A stretch of 64,000 bases of DNA from the human T2T-CHM13v2.0 reference genome, Homo sapiens: the NCBI RefSeq assembly GCF_009914755.1, contig NC_060941.1; one strand, written 5' to 3'. Of the stretch, positions 45,949 through 60,303 are shown in pieces. The position numbers and the translations under genes are program-made. Every line of letters begins with the position of its first letter. The first letter of the stretch is position 1. Below the pieces are notes generated by a model, which saw nothing but the letters and a program-made list of their open reading frames with translations, did not search any database and was not told where the DNA came from.

Positions 45949-46360
45949 TGCAGTAATGCACGGACATGCCTGACACGTGCAGATAGGGTCACATGTGCAG
46001 ATATGGGCACACGTGCCATTGTGGGCACACATGCAGATGTGGGCACATGTACAGTTGTGGCCACACATGCAAATATGATTACATGTGCAGTTATGGGTAT
46101 GTGTGCAGTTGTGGGCGCACATGCAGTTGTGGGCACGTGTGCATATGTGGGGACATGTGCAGATGTGGGCACCTGTACAGTTGTGGGCACACGTGCAGTT
46201 GTGGCCACATGAAGACATGTTCTCTGACTGCTCAGGGAAGGTGGACATGAGGCCTGGGGCCGAGGGGTGGGGGATGTCCACTAAAGGGCTCTCTGCAGAT
46301 ATGATCACACATGCAGTTGTGGGCACAACATGCAGTTGTGACCAACATGTGCAGATATGG
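45949..46360 (+). repeat. 18-bp minisatellite (consensus GCAGTTGTGGGCACAYRT), about 18 degenerate units, interrupted at 46211-46295
   Basis: Consecutive 18-mers gcagatgtgggcacatgt / acagttgtggccacacat / gcagttgtgggcgcacat / gcagttgtgggcacgtgt; produces 6-aa periodic ORFs. Confidence 0.92.
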
Positions 46361-46583
46361 GCTTTCCCGTATGTCTGTAATGTGTGTACTGGATGGGGTG
46401 GGCTGCCAGCTCCATCTTCTCACCCGATTCACTCCCCACCATTTGGTCTGCTTGGGGTCAGGGTTTGGGAGCCTGGGGCATTGCAGAGCCTGCCGCCTTT
46501 GCCTGTGGGCCTTACTGGCAGGACCCTCATGGGAAGGTCACCCCGGCCGGTTCTGTGGCTCACCTCTGGCTTTTCCCACTTAG

Positions 46584-46699
46584 GATGCCCCCTGGGGCCG
46601 GCCTCATGGAGCGGATCCAGGCTATTGCCCAGAACGTCTCCGACATCGCTGTGAAGGTGGACCAGATCCTGCGCCACAGTCTGCTCCTGCACAGCAAGG
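46584..46699 (+). CDS. MGAT5B: MGAT5B coding exon 4 (MPPGAGLMERIQAIAQNVSDIAVKVDQILRHSLLLHSK)
   Basis: Acceptor ttttcccacttag|G; AG+G=Arg. Donor AGG|gtgggt; 116 nt. Confidence 0.96.
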
Positions 46700-47331
46700 G
46701 TGGGTGCCAGGGGGCGGGGGTACCCTCTACCCCTAGGGGGCCAATGAACTGGGTGCTGGGTGGGCCCTGGGAGGGTGGGACACTTGGGGTGTGGCCGACT
46801 TCTCCTGACAGCAGCTCTGCTGGCTCTTCGGGGCCCCAGTTTAGGCTTTCAGCAGGACAACTGGGGGTTCACTCCCTCGACCCGGCAGGAGGGCGCTGAG
46901 GACAGAGGAGGTCCCTGGAGTCTCAGCTTCTGGGGTCCACAGTTCCAGGAGTGAGGCCACCTGGGGAAGGGTCCCTCGGCGGCCCCTCCAGTCCCTGTGA
47001 TGTGGGGAGCAGCGAGCTGGGGGCTGCAAACCTCATTTCTGCCTCCTCAGAAAACGCTGGGGATGCTTTCGGGTGGGTGCATGAGGTCTGCCCATCCAGG
47101 CAGCTGCTGAGTGGCTGTTCGCACCAGCTCCTCACTGCATCTGAACCCCCTGAGGAGGCCGGGGGCAACCTAGGCCCGGGTTGACCTTGTGGGTGGGTTG
47201 TGCGGCTGATGAGCTTTAAGGTGGGAAAGCCTGGCAGCGGATTGTGTGGGAAGCTGCCTCCCGCACGCAGGCCTCCCTCCCTGGGCTCCTCCTTGGACCA
47301 GGGACTTCAGCAAGGTGACCTCTCCCTACAG

Positions 47332-47405
47332 TGTCAGAAGGCCGGCGGGACCAGTGTGAGGCACCCAGTGACCCCAAGTTCCCTGACTGCTCAGGGAAGG
47401 TGGAG
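47332..47405 (+). CDS. MGAT5B: MGAT5B coding exon 5 (VSEGRRDQCEAPSDPKFPDCSGKVE)
   Basis: Acceptor ctctccctacag|TG; donor GAG|gtgagg; 74 nt. The C...FPDCSGKV motif resembles the MGAT5-family cysteine-rich N-domain. Confidence 0.96.
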
Positions 47406-48280
47406 GTGAGGCCTGGGGCTGAGGGGTGGGGATGTCTACAGCTAGGGCCTCTCTGTCTGGCCCTGGCCCCTCACCCAGGCACAAGCTGGCAGAGGCCAAC
47501 CTCAGGGAAACAGCTTCTCTGCTCAGTGCATCCACCCCACCCATCAATCCAAATCCCCCAGAAAGAGTCTCCCTCAGGTGTCGGTGCTTTCTCACAGCAA
47601 ATGATTAAATCTCCAAGTGTCACCGCCAGCAGCCGGATTCCCCCAGAGACTCAGAGGAGTGGCCCTGGCTGCCCTGTCCCTGCTCCTCCTGGCCCAGCCA
47701 ACAGCTGGACGGAGAGTCTTCCTGCCCCATTTCTGGGGCCACCACTGGCTGCATGAAGTCTGCCCTTGTAGGAGTCGTCCACAGCCGTGAAGTCAGCTCC
47801 CCACTGGTTCTGAACGCCCTAAGGGGTGGGCGGTGGTGCCGCAGACCCCTTCCTTGGTGACCATCTGGGATCACTGCAGGTGGATCCCGCCCTGGCTCCA
47901 GCCCTGGCCGCCTTGGAGGCTGCTCCCTGACCTTGGCCTCTAGCCCAATCCTGCTCTGGTAGCAGGGAGACGGGGACCAGAGGGAGAGGGAGACAGCCAG
48001 GCCTCCTGGCTCTTTGCCCCAGACCTTTGAGCCAGTGTTCTCTCCCAGTCTCTCCTCTTTCCAGACATGAGGGCTGGTGGTCCTGCCCCTGCCATCTCTG
48101 GGGTCCTTCAGGCGGGTCCTGGTTCAATCTCTTCTCTGCCCTGTCCCCTGTTGCATCAGTAGGGTGGGCCACATGGGCCCCATCCTTGACCTCAGGACCC
48201 CTGGGGGTGCACGTGCGGGGGAGTCCCCGAGGGTCAGTGGGGCTGGCGCAGCCCCCTGCCCAGCCTGGCCCTCTCTGCAG

Positions 48281-48451
48281 TGGATGCGTGCCCGCTGGAC
48301 CTCTGACCCCTGCTACGCCTTCTTTGGGGTGGACGGCACCGAGTGCTCCTTCCTCATCTACCTCAGTGAGGTCGAGTGGTTCTGCCCCCCGCTGCCCTGG
48401 AGGAACCAGACGGCTGCCCAGAGGGCACCCAAGCCCCTCCCCAAAGTCCAG
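48281..48451 (+). CDS. MGAT5B: MGAT5B coding exon 6 (WMRARWTSDPCYAFFGVDGTECSFLIYLSEVEWFCPPLPWRNQTAAQRAPKPLPKVQ)
   Basis: Acceptor ccctctctgcag|TGG; donor CAG|gtgggc; 171 nt. SDPCY..GVDG..CSF.IYLSEVE..CP is the MGAT5 (GT18) family signature. Confidence 0.97.
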
Positions 48452-49197
48452 GTGGGCCTGGGAGGTGGGTGGGCCGGTGAGGGGCTGGTGTGGCTGGACA
48501 TTCTTAAGGACAGTGGACAGAAACCTCTGTCCTGAGGGAATGAGACTGAGCTGCTTGCCAGGTGTGTGGGCAGGTCCGAGCCCACCCTACCGGGCAGACG
48601 GGAGGCCAGCCTGCCAAGGCCTGTCTGCCTTCTTTGAGATGCCACCAAGCTGGGCCTGTTTGCAGGGCAGGTGGGGGGCCTGGAGATGCCCCCTTAGTGG
48701 ACTAGAATAGTAGTAATAGCAGCTGTCACTTATTGAGGGTTTTCTGTGTCCAGATGCTTTATTTGCACTTAAAGTTCCCAGCCATCCTTGTATGATCGTA
48801 TTTGACAGACGATGCATCTGAGGTTTACAATTGAATTAATGGGTTCGAGGCGCATAGTTGCTGTGGTGGCCACGTCTGTCCCCTGCCATCGGAGTCCTGG
48901 CTATGACCACCACCCTCACTGCCTCCCTGTCATGGCTGGGAACCTGGAAACTGCTATGGTTGGCCACCTCCGTGGAAGGGCTAGGGGCCCATGGTTAGAG
49001 CTGGGCTGGGGAGGGTGTGTTGACAGGGCGGGCAGGGCTCCCTGGTTTTGGGGGCTAATGAGCCCCTTAGAAAGTGCAGGAGAAGCTGGAGCAGGCCCCA
49101 GCCTCATGGGAGGGTGCCAGCCCCTGTCCCCAGGCCAGCGGGGAATGATGGTGGCCGCAGGTTGAGGGGCAGAGAGCTGAGGTCTGGACCCCTCCAG

Positions 49198-49362
49198 GCA
49201 GTTTTCCGAAGCAACCTGTCCCACCTTCTGGACCTGATGGGCAGCGGGAAGGAGTCCCTGATCTTCATGAAGAAGCGGACCAAGAGGCTCACAGCCCAGT
49301 GGGCGCTGGCTGCCCAGCGCCTGGCACAGAAGCTGGGGGCCACCCAGAGGGACCAGAAGCAG
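49198..49362 (+). CDS. MGAT5B: MGAT5B coding exon 7 (AVFRSNLSHLLDLMGSGKESLIFMKKRTKRLTAQWALAAQRLAQKLGATQRDQKQ)
   Basis: Acceptor cccctccag|GCA; donor CAG|gtgcgt; 165 nt, phase 0 at both ends. Confidence 0.95.
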
Positions 49363-50046
49363 GTGCGTGGCCCCTGCCCCCTCATGTGCAGGAGCTGAGA
49401 AAGCTCAGGGCCCCCACTTCTGAGTGGGCATGGAATAGGTCTTCAAACAAGCTGTAGTGGGCTTCTGAATTTGATCAGAGGGAGAGAGGGGTAGGGATGG
49501 CAGAGTCGGGATAGATGTCTGTGGTGGTGGCCCCTGGCCCTTTTCAAGGTTGGGACCAAATGACAAGCCCCCAAGAGGTCCTGCATTCTGTGTACATCTG
49601 GTTCATGTCAGGCAGAAAAGTCATGGTATTGGCCTGGAAAGTTGGGAATGTTCTGGGGAGCTTCGTTAGCTCATGCCTCCATTCTTCCTTCCCTCCTTCC
49701 TTCCCTCCCTCCCTCCCTCCACCCAGTAGATATTTACGTGGCTCTCACATTGCCCTTTTATTTCTTTCAGAGCCCTTATCATTTCATGAAATTATCTCTT
49801 GTCTGTGTTCACTGTTGTCTACCTCTTCCATCTGGAACATTAGCTCCATGAGGGCAAGCACGTGACTATCTTGTTCGCCCGTGTCCCCAGTGCCCGATCT
49901 GGTCACTCTGGTGCCGGAAAGCACCTGCTGGGGCCCAGCCTGGAGACAGGGTCTGCTGCCGGCTGGTCTCCTGGCCGGTGCCCCGGGGGGGCGGGGCTCA
50001 GAGCTGCTGCTCCTCTCTGCTGACCCTCTGTGTTCCGCCCACCCAG

Positions 50047-50216
50047 ATCCTGGTCCACATCGGCTTCCTGACGGAGGAGTCCGGGGACGTGTTCAGCCCT
50101 CGGGTCCTGAAGGGCGGGCCCCTAGGGGAGATGGTGCAGTGGGCGGACATTCTGACTGCACTCTATGTCCTGGGCCATGGCCTGCGGGTCACAGTCTCCC
50201 TGAAGGAGCTGCAGAG
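50047..50216 (+). CDS. MGAT5B: MGAT5B coding exon 8 (ILVHIGFLTEESGDVFSPRVLKGGPLGEMVQWADILTALYVLGHGLRVTVSLKELQ), start of catalytic domain; gene continues beyond the window
   Basis: Acceptor ccgcccacccag|ATC; donor GAG|gtgagt; 170 nt. GGPLGEMVQWAD corresponds to the GGPLGELVQWSD active-site motif of MGAT5. No further exon recognised up to 64000. Confidence 0.97.
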
Positions 50217-50869
50217 GTGAGTGCTGGGGAAAGCCACTGGCATTAAGTGGGGCAGGGAGGGGATGAAGGGGAACCCCACCCCTCCCTCCCAGGGGCTGTG
50301 GGAGCACCTGCTCTGCCTGCAGGTCCCACGGCCCTGAGACCCTGGGAGACATCCTGGTGTTCCGCAGGACATCACCACTCCTAATCCCCCTCCTCCTGCC
50401 CGGTCTTGGGGGATGTGGCAGGGAAGTGTATTTGCATAGCGCTGTCTGGCCAGGGCCTGGCTCCTTCTCTGGTGTTTCTGCTCAGGGGCTGACACGTGTT
50501 GGCTTGTGGAATTGAGCCACGTCTGCACGTGGGGTCCCCTCTGCCTGCCGTCCTGGAAGGCTTGGTTTCTCTTCTGAACCTGGGCTCCTTCTTGGGTCTA
50601 CTTTAGGGTCTGGAGACCAGTAAGACATGGAGGATGAAGGGGCGTGGTTGGGTGGGTGGTGCCTGTCCCTTACCCAGTGCTGGGCTTTTCACGGTCCCTT
50701 GGATGCTGTGGGAGGTGGAAGGGCAGTGATTAGAGGCTCCCCTGAGTGTTTGAGGGTAGGATGGGGGTGAGGCTGAGAGTGTGGGGATGTCAAGGGGGTA
50801 AGAGTGTGTGATTGGGTTTATTTTTAATCACTGTTTCTGTGGGATGTAGGAATACAGGAGATTCTTCTC

Positions 50870-53390
<2,521 letters not shown>

Positions 53391-54419
53391 TTGATGAGAT
53401 TATTCCTCAGGGCCTTCCTTCAGGGCCCCAGAACTGTTTGCATGTGAATCAGCTTTTCTTCATTAACTTCTACACAGGTGGTTTCCTTGTGAGTCCCCAC
53501 CAGAGCCTGCCTACTCTCTTGCTGGTCTGATTGGCCTTCTCTCCACTAATGCTAATGCTCTGTAGCACAGGAGTGTTGGAGAGCAGAGGATGCTGATGAG
53601 GACAGAGCCATGGCAATCTTAGGTCACTAGGGCCCAGCAAGCACCAGTCTTGGGCAGCTACTCAGTTTCTGCCTTTCTTCGCTGCAACTCAGAGTCTGCC
53701 AGTAACTCAGGTAGAACGTCTGTGACTCCGATCAGAGGGAGGAGTCTGGGCCAGCTGTATTGAGTAGTGGGAGAAGGAGGCTGGGTCTGGATTGTGTTGC
53801 TTAGGAGGCCACTAAATGACCCAGGGCTTTGAAGGTTTTCATCCCCGTGGCCTGAAATTCACAGCACTGGAGTCATCCTTTTAAGTGAATGCATTCGATG
53901 ATTAGGCTTAGTAAAGAAAAAGTGTCTCCAGAGAGGAACAGCACGTGTAAGTGAGGCTATGGGGCAGAGGCAGGTTGGTGCCAGAGACTAAAGAGGCAGC
54001 TACACGCCTGTGGCTGTGTTGAGAAGCACTGTCCAAGTCGGGGGCGGGCTCTGGGGGAGGAAATTCTCACCTTGAAATAGCAGGTCCAGGAGCTGCAAGG
54101 AACCCGGCTGGGAGCTGTCCCCGAGTGCTAGTGCTGAACCCACAGATACTCCCAATGCTGGGAGAGGGAAACAGCACGTCCCTCACTCTGGCTCTCACCC
54201 TGGTGACATCTTGTTGTCAGATCCAGCTGTTCGCACTGTGCAGGCCACTTAAGAGACAAGGTGTGGGGCCCACTCGCCCGCCTGCACCCACTGCTGCACA
54301 CTAAACTGTCTGCCACCGGCTCCCTCTGAACAGAGAGCCTGGAATATGCATCGATGCTGTCTGTGGAGCAGAACGCTGCAGAGGCAGTTAACATTTGCAG
54401 ATTATGAAAAGAGGTGTAT

Positions 54420-54690
54420 ACACTCATGCAGCCTCCACATGCACCCATGCATACACGTGCATATCCACCACATGTGTGCACATACATGCATACTCACCCA
54501 CTCACATGCACACTCATGGACACATACTCATAGCCTCTGCACCCACACATGCACACCCACTCACACACTTGAATATGCACACACTCCACATACACATGTG
54601 CAAATGCATGCTCCTGCATGTGCAGACATGATGCATCTATACAGACACACATGCACACTCTCTTGCACACACATGCATGTCCACACCCCA
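54420..54690 (+). repeat. Degenerate (CA)n/(CATG) tract in intron 8
   Basis: cacatgcacccatgcatacacgtgc...cacacatgcacacccactcacacac...cacacacatgcatg. Confidence 0.9.
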
Positions 54691-55800
54691 CAGAGAATCA
54701 GTGTTTTCTACCAAGCAAGGCTCCACTTCCTCTCAAGCTCTTGCAGATCTAAAGGTGCTCCAGGGAGAGGTTGCCCCATCTCTGGTTTGCAGTTTGTTAA
54801 ATGGGCAGGCCCAGGGCTGTGCTCCGATGCCCTGGCCCTTGGTCCCCTGTGGGGTGTATGTGTGAATGAACGATCTGGCTCAGACAGGGCAGAATGGTGT
54901 AAACAGCTCAGCTACCTCAGGGGATCTTAGGAAGGTGATTTCTAAATCTGCTACCAAATACAATTTAAAAACAACTAAAAGAATAAAAATAAAAGCAAAA
55001 CCACCCTCCCCAGGAGAATTCCCCAGTTATGCCTACAAAAGTAACAGCATCAGCTATGGTTGGAATACATTCAGGGTGGGGGTTCTTAACCCTGGCTGCA
55101 GCAAAACCACCTGAAGCACTTTAGAAACTTACCAGTGTTTGGGCCCCTGTCTAGGCATCTCTGACTTCTTCCATCTGGGGTGGGGGCCCAGGTAACAAAT
55201 TGAAGCTCCCAGTGATTCTAATGGGCACCAAAGGTTGGGAATTGGAAAAGCTTGAGGCTGTGGCTTTTCTAAGCCCCTCAGCCCAGTACACAGTCTGGCG
55301 GTGGGGTTGGGACATTGTAGAATGCATGGCTTCTTCAGAAGGCCTTGTCTGTGTCCCCAGTGCAGTCCTGGGGGATGGGATTGAGGCCCCAGGCTCAGGG
55401 CCCTAGAAAAGATGTAGAAAGAATGGGAGGATTCATCCTGAGAGCACCCAGGATACCCTTGGTTGCTAGAGTGTGGCTTAGTGGGGGGTTGGGCCACAGA
55501 GGCACCCTGTGGAGGTGGCCCAGATGGTGGGGCGTCTGGCATCATGCCCAGGGCATCACGTGGGAACCTGCTGGCCTGGAATGCACTTTGTGCCACACAC
55601 TTTCTTGGATGTACTTTCTTCCTTCTTCCTTTCTAAAGTGGGGGCATTGCATTGGTCCCCATAGTTGGCGGGGTCAGTGACAGATGTGAGGCCAGGGTGG
55701 AGGCAGAACTGTGAGCTCCCAGGCACATTCCCTGCTGGGGCCTCTCTGATACATAAATGCAGGCCTTTCCTCACAGTGGAGATGTCAATACAGTTTGAGA

Positions 55801-56288
55801 TGTGGATGAGCCTCCTAGAGCTGCCATAACAATGGAGTGCACACTGCAGGGCTTACACAGCAGGAATGAATGAACAGCAGGAATGCATGAACTGAATCCT
55901 GGCGCTGGAGCGTGCTGCAAGTCCAAGAGCCAGGTTTTGGCAGGGCAGGGCTGGGGCCTCCTGAGGCTGCAAGGGAGTCTCTGCCTCAGGCCTCTCTCTG
56001 GGTTCCTGGTGGTTTCCTAGTGAGGAACTTGGTGACCCTTGTCCTGCAGCTACATCTCTACAATCATCTCTGCCTTTGCCTGGTGGCCTCCCTGTGAGCG
56101 TGTCTGTGTCCAGATTTCCCCTCCCTATAAGGACCTATTGGATTAGGGCCCACCCTAATGCCCTCACGTTAACTCCATTACCTCTGTAAGGACCCCAACT
56201 CCAAATAAGGTCATAGCCTGAAGAACTGGGGGTTAGGACTTCAATATGTCAATGTTGGGGGTGGAGGACACAATGTAAACCCATAATA
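55801..56288 (-). mobile_element. MLT1 LTR
   Basis: gctgccataaca...tattggattagggcccaccctaatg...tccaaataaggtca...ggggttaggacttcaa. Confidence 0.78.
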
Positions 56289-57857
56289 AGATGGCAACCA
56301 CTGGGGGGCCCTGGGCAGAGTTCCCAGCGAGCAACCGCGAGCCCTTCAGGGAGAGGCAGAAGCACCCAGGGCCTCACCTCTCAGCCCTGGGAGCCGTTCT
56401 GTGGGAGCAGCACCAGGTTAATTTGAAAACAGGTCAATGGGATGTGAAGGTAATCTGAATTCTGAGTGTCTCAGCTTGGTTTCTGCGACAGAAATGTCTC
56501 CCTTGGCTGGCGAAATGACCTGCGTGGGAGGCGGTGGGACAAAGACGCGGCTTGTACATTTGTTGTAGTTTATTCGCAGATGTTCACGGCAGATGTCCTG
56601 GCCACTGATGGAGCAACAAGGCTGGACGGATGAGCCGGTCCCGCTCTGCTCCTCGGGTCTCGGTGTTTCAATTAACTGGCTCACTGGAGTGACGTTTGGG
56701 GCAATGTGCAGGATCTACATCTGGCTTTGCTGCTGCAAGATGCTTCCGGGGTGAGGGAGGTGGCACGAGGGAGCCGTGCGCTCTGTGATGAGACTGCAGC
56801 AAGGTGATGTCAGCCAGTCCCCGCCCGCGCCCCGCCGTGTGCGGAGGGAAGAAGCCAAACCCTAGTGCCTGCCCAGCCGCTGCATCCTGAGACGGCCTCG
56901 TGCATGTGCAGGTCCAGGGTGGGCGTTTTAAAGTTAAGCCTTTCCCTTCCTGCTTTCCTAGCATCAGCTGTGCTCATCAATTTTATTTGCACAATTTCAA
57001 GCATCATTAATAGTACATGGCATGAGAAAACATTACTGAGCTCTTTCTCCATCCATGAGTGAAATTGGGTTTAGTAGAAAATTAGTTGACTTAACTGGCA
57101 AATGATGAAAGCTTGAGAGGAGAATGTTTAAGTAAGGAGGACTAGGAGGGACAACTCCTGGCTGTCAAGCATGCAGCCAGGCTGGAAATCTGCCTCCTGC
57201 CTGGGGCCAGGTGCCCAAAGGAAAGGCTGGGGAGGATCCCCAGAGAATGACGAAGGTGGGGACTCCATCTGCTTCCTCCCGCACAATCCACTGTGACCAG
57301 CTGAGGCAGGTCTTAGGTTTGGAACCCAGAGATCAGTTCTGGATATGACTGGCACAGACTGATCTGAACCAATGCAAACTGGGCCCAGCTGCTGGAAACC
57401 AGCTTGAGCTGACCAGAACCAGGCTGACCTGGGCAGCTCAAACCAGCTCCAGGGCGGAGGATGCTGCTCTTCTCTGAGGGGAGAGGAGAAAAGCACTGGG
57501 TCTAGGGCACACATGTTGAAACAGAGGTGCCCCATGGAGGCCACTGGGTGACGGGCCCAGGGGAGGTGTGGCATGGAGACAGGGTCTTGGCCGTTGACAG
57601 TGGTTGAACACAGTGTGGTTGAAATTGTCAAAGGATGGGAAAACAGGCTTGAGGGGCACAGACTTGGGAAATATCAACACAGAAAGGCCTCTTACAGGCA
57701 AAGGAGACTGAGGAGTAGCCAAGAGCAAGCCAGATGTGGAGTCATGGGTGCCTGTGAGAAGATGCTTCTAGAAGGAGATGTGGCCAGCAACACATTGCTC
57801 ATTGAAAAGCCAAGTAAGAAGGAGACTGAAAAATGTCCAAAGAATTTGGTCACATGA

Positions 57858-58200
57858 GGCTGGGTGGGGCGGCTCACTCCTGTAATCCCAGCACTTTGGG
57901 AGGTCACGGCGGGAGGATTGCTTGATTCCAGGAGTTGGAGACCAGCCTGGGCAAGATAGTGAGACCTGGTCTTTACCAAAAACAAAAAAATTAGCCAAGT
58001 GCGCCTGTGGTCCCAGCTACTCAGGCGACTGAGGAAGGAGGATCACTTGAGCCTGGGAAGTCGAGGCTACAGTCAGCCGTGATCATGCTACTGCACTCTA
58101 GCTTGGGTGACAAAGCAAGACTGTCTCAAAAAAAAAAGAGAAGAAGAAGAAGAAAGAAAGAAGGAAAGAAGGAAGGAAGGAGAGAGAGAAAGAAAGAGAA
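57858..58200 (+). mobile_element. AluJ with (GAA)/(GGAA) purine tail
   Basis: Sense dimer; TSD-like agaatttgg(t/c)caca. Confidence 0.88.
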
Positions 58201-58410
58201 TTTGGCCACAAAGATGTCATTGCTGACTTTGGAAAGAGCATTGTGGTGCAGTCGTGGGGACAAAGGTCCTAAACCCAGTGGGCTGTGGGAGTGTGGAAGG
58301 CGGGATGGGGAGGACACAGCAGTCGTGAGTGTCTGCACTCCTCCAAGGAGCTTGGCCAGGAGCCGGGAGGAGAAAGAGCGCAGGAGCAGGGGTTACAGAA
58401 TCGCAGGCAG

Positions 58411-59135
58411 GTGTGTTTGCCTCCTGGGGGTGACCAGTCAAAAGACCACATGCTGGGGGGTGTAAACCACACAAATGTGTCCTCTTACAGTCCTGAAGGC
58501 TGGAAGTCTGAAATCAAGACTCCCTCTGAAGGCACTAGGGAAGCGTCAGTCCCAGCCTCTCCCCTGTCTTCTGGTAGCCGCAGGTGTTCTTAGAGGGGTA
58601 GATGGTGTTCTCCCTACGTCCACATCTCTTCCTCCCTCCATGCATGACTCTGTGTCCACATTTCTTCTTCCTCTTTTTTTTTTTTGAGACAGAGTCTTGC
58701 CCTGTCCCCCAGCTGGAGCGCAGTGGCGCAGTCTCGGCTCACTGCATCCTCCACCTCCGGGTTCAAGTGATTCTCCTGCCTCAGCCTCCCGAGTAGCTGG
58801 GACTACAGGAATGTGCCACCATGCCCAGCTAATTTTTGTATTTTTAGTAGAGACAGGGTTTCACCATGTGGGCCAGGCTGGTCTCAAATTCCTGACCTCA
58901 GGTGTTCCACCCACCTCGGCCTCCCAAAGTGCTGGGATTACAGGCGTGAGCCACTGCCCCCGGCCACGTTTCTTCTTTTTATAAGGACACCAGTCAACTT
59001 GGATTAGGGTCTACCCTAATGCCTTCATCTTAACTTGATTACCTCTGCAAAGACCCTTTTTCCAAACAAAGTCACATTCACAGGTACGGGGATTAGGACT
59101 TCACCCTCCTTCAGCGGCCACAGTTCAGCCCACGA
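58411..59135 (-). mobile_element. MLT1 LTR interrupted by an antisense AluS (58675-58965)
   Basis: cttacagtcctgaaggctggaagtctgaaatcaag...ataaggacaccagtca...ttacctctgcaaagaccctttttccaaac. Confidence 0.8.
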
Positions 59136-60114
59136 TCAAAGGTGTGCTTGTTTATTTTTCGAGATAAGAGAGTGCACTCATGTTTAAATGTGGCTGCAAA
59201 GGAGCCAGAACAGTAGGGAGGTTGTGGACATAGGAGGGAGAGAGTATTGCTGGCAGTGGCTTCAGGGGAGGGTCCCAGGAGGAGGGACAGGGACAGCTCT
59301 TCTGCCCTGAGAGGAGAGAAGGAGAAGAGACCAGGGTATACTGTAAATGCAGCGGGGTGGGGGGCCTGGGCTGGGGGCCGGGGATCGGGCACTCCTCTCT
59401 GACGGTTTCTATTTTATCTTCGATGCCGGAGGGGAGAGCATTTCCCACAAGCCAGGTGGAGGCAGCGGGAGACGCGAGGAAGTGGACAAGACCGAAAAAC
59501 AACCCTCGGGCTCTACCAGGGTTTGTAATATGCTATCCCTCGAAACAAACAGGATTCGAACCAAATATGGCAAAATGTTAAGGCTTGACGAGGCTGGGAA
59601 GTGGGCGCATTGGAGCATTATATGATTTTCTATAATTTTCTGGATGCTTGGAATATTTTGTAACTTATAAGCACACAGATTAGGAAAAGGTGGGGAAGAA
59701 CCGCATCTTGGCACCTAGACCTGTGAATGGCAGCTCTCCTGCATCACCCTCCCCGTTCCAAGAGGAGGCACGAGAGGCCGACGATTACAATTCACTAAAA
59801 ATCCCCGGCCCCTCTCCTGTCTCCTTTTTCCTTCCCCTTCCTTCAGTTTCAAGGAGGCATTTTAACCTCCTGGCTGAGCGGGGAGCGAGCGCAGGAGCAC
59901 ACATCCCAGCGGAGAGGCCTGGCAGCCAGACACCTGACCCAAGTTGGCTGGCGGTCAGAACCCTTCCCCAGGAAATTCAGACTTGGGTAGGCAGAAGACC
60001 TACCTAGACTGCGGGTAAGGGGACAGAGAGGGAGCAGGCGCCGGCATGCCGAGTGTGGCGGGGTCACGTTGAGTGCCGCCAAATGTCGTGGGCCTCTGCT
60101 GCTGGGGCCTGGGG

Positions 60115-60303
60115 CTGCCCTGGCCCCTGCCCTTCATCCTTCCTCGGGATCCAGGAGAGACCCTTCCTTGCAAGGCCTCGTCTCCCCTTATGCTCCACAT
60201 AGCTGCACTGCCCTGGCCCCTGCCCTTCATTCTTCCTCGGGATCCAGGAGAGACCCTTCCTTGCAAGGGCCTCGCCTCCCCTCATGCTCCACGCGCTGCG
60301 CTG
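60115..60303 (+). repeat. 93-bp tandem duplication (2 copies)
   Basis: ctgccctggcccctgcccttcat(c/t)cttcctcgggatccaggagagacccttccttgcaagg... starts at both 60115 and 60208. Confidence 0.92.

Noticed and set aside
45949-46360. Repeat array with one unique insert, superficially CRISPR-like
   Set aside because: Units are contiguous and degenerate with no regular spacers; the context is eukaryotic and there are no cas genes.
45865-46654. Periodic Cys/His-rich ORFs resembling metallothionein or zinc-finger repeats
   Set aside because: Artefact of the 18-bp minisatellite; the same applies to ORFs over the TG tract (44.9 kb) and CA tract (54.5 kb).
50214-50220. Immediate stop (AGG TGA) on read-through of exon 8, suggesting a truncated isoform
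   Set aside because: A trivial consequence of the GTGAGT donor in phase 2; no nearby convincing polyadenylation signal.
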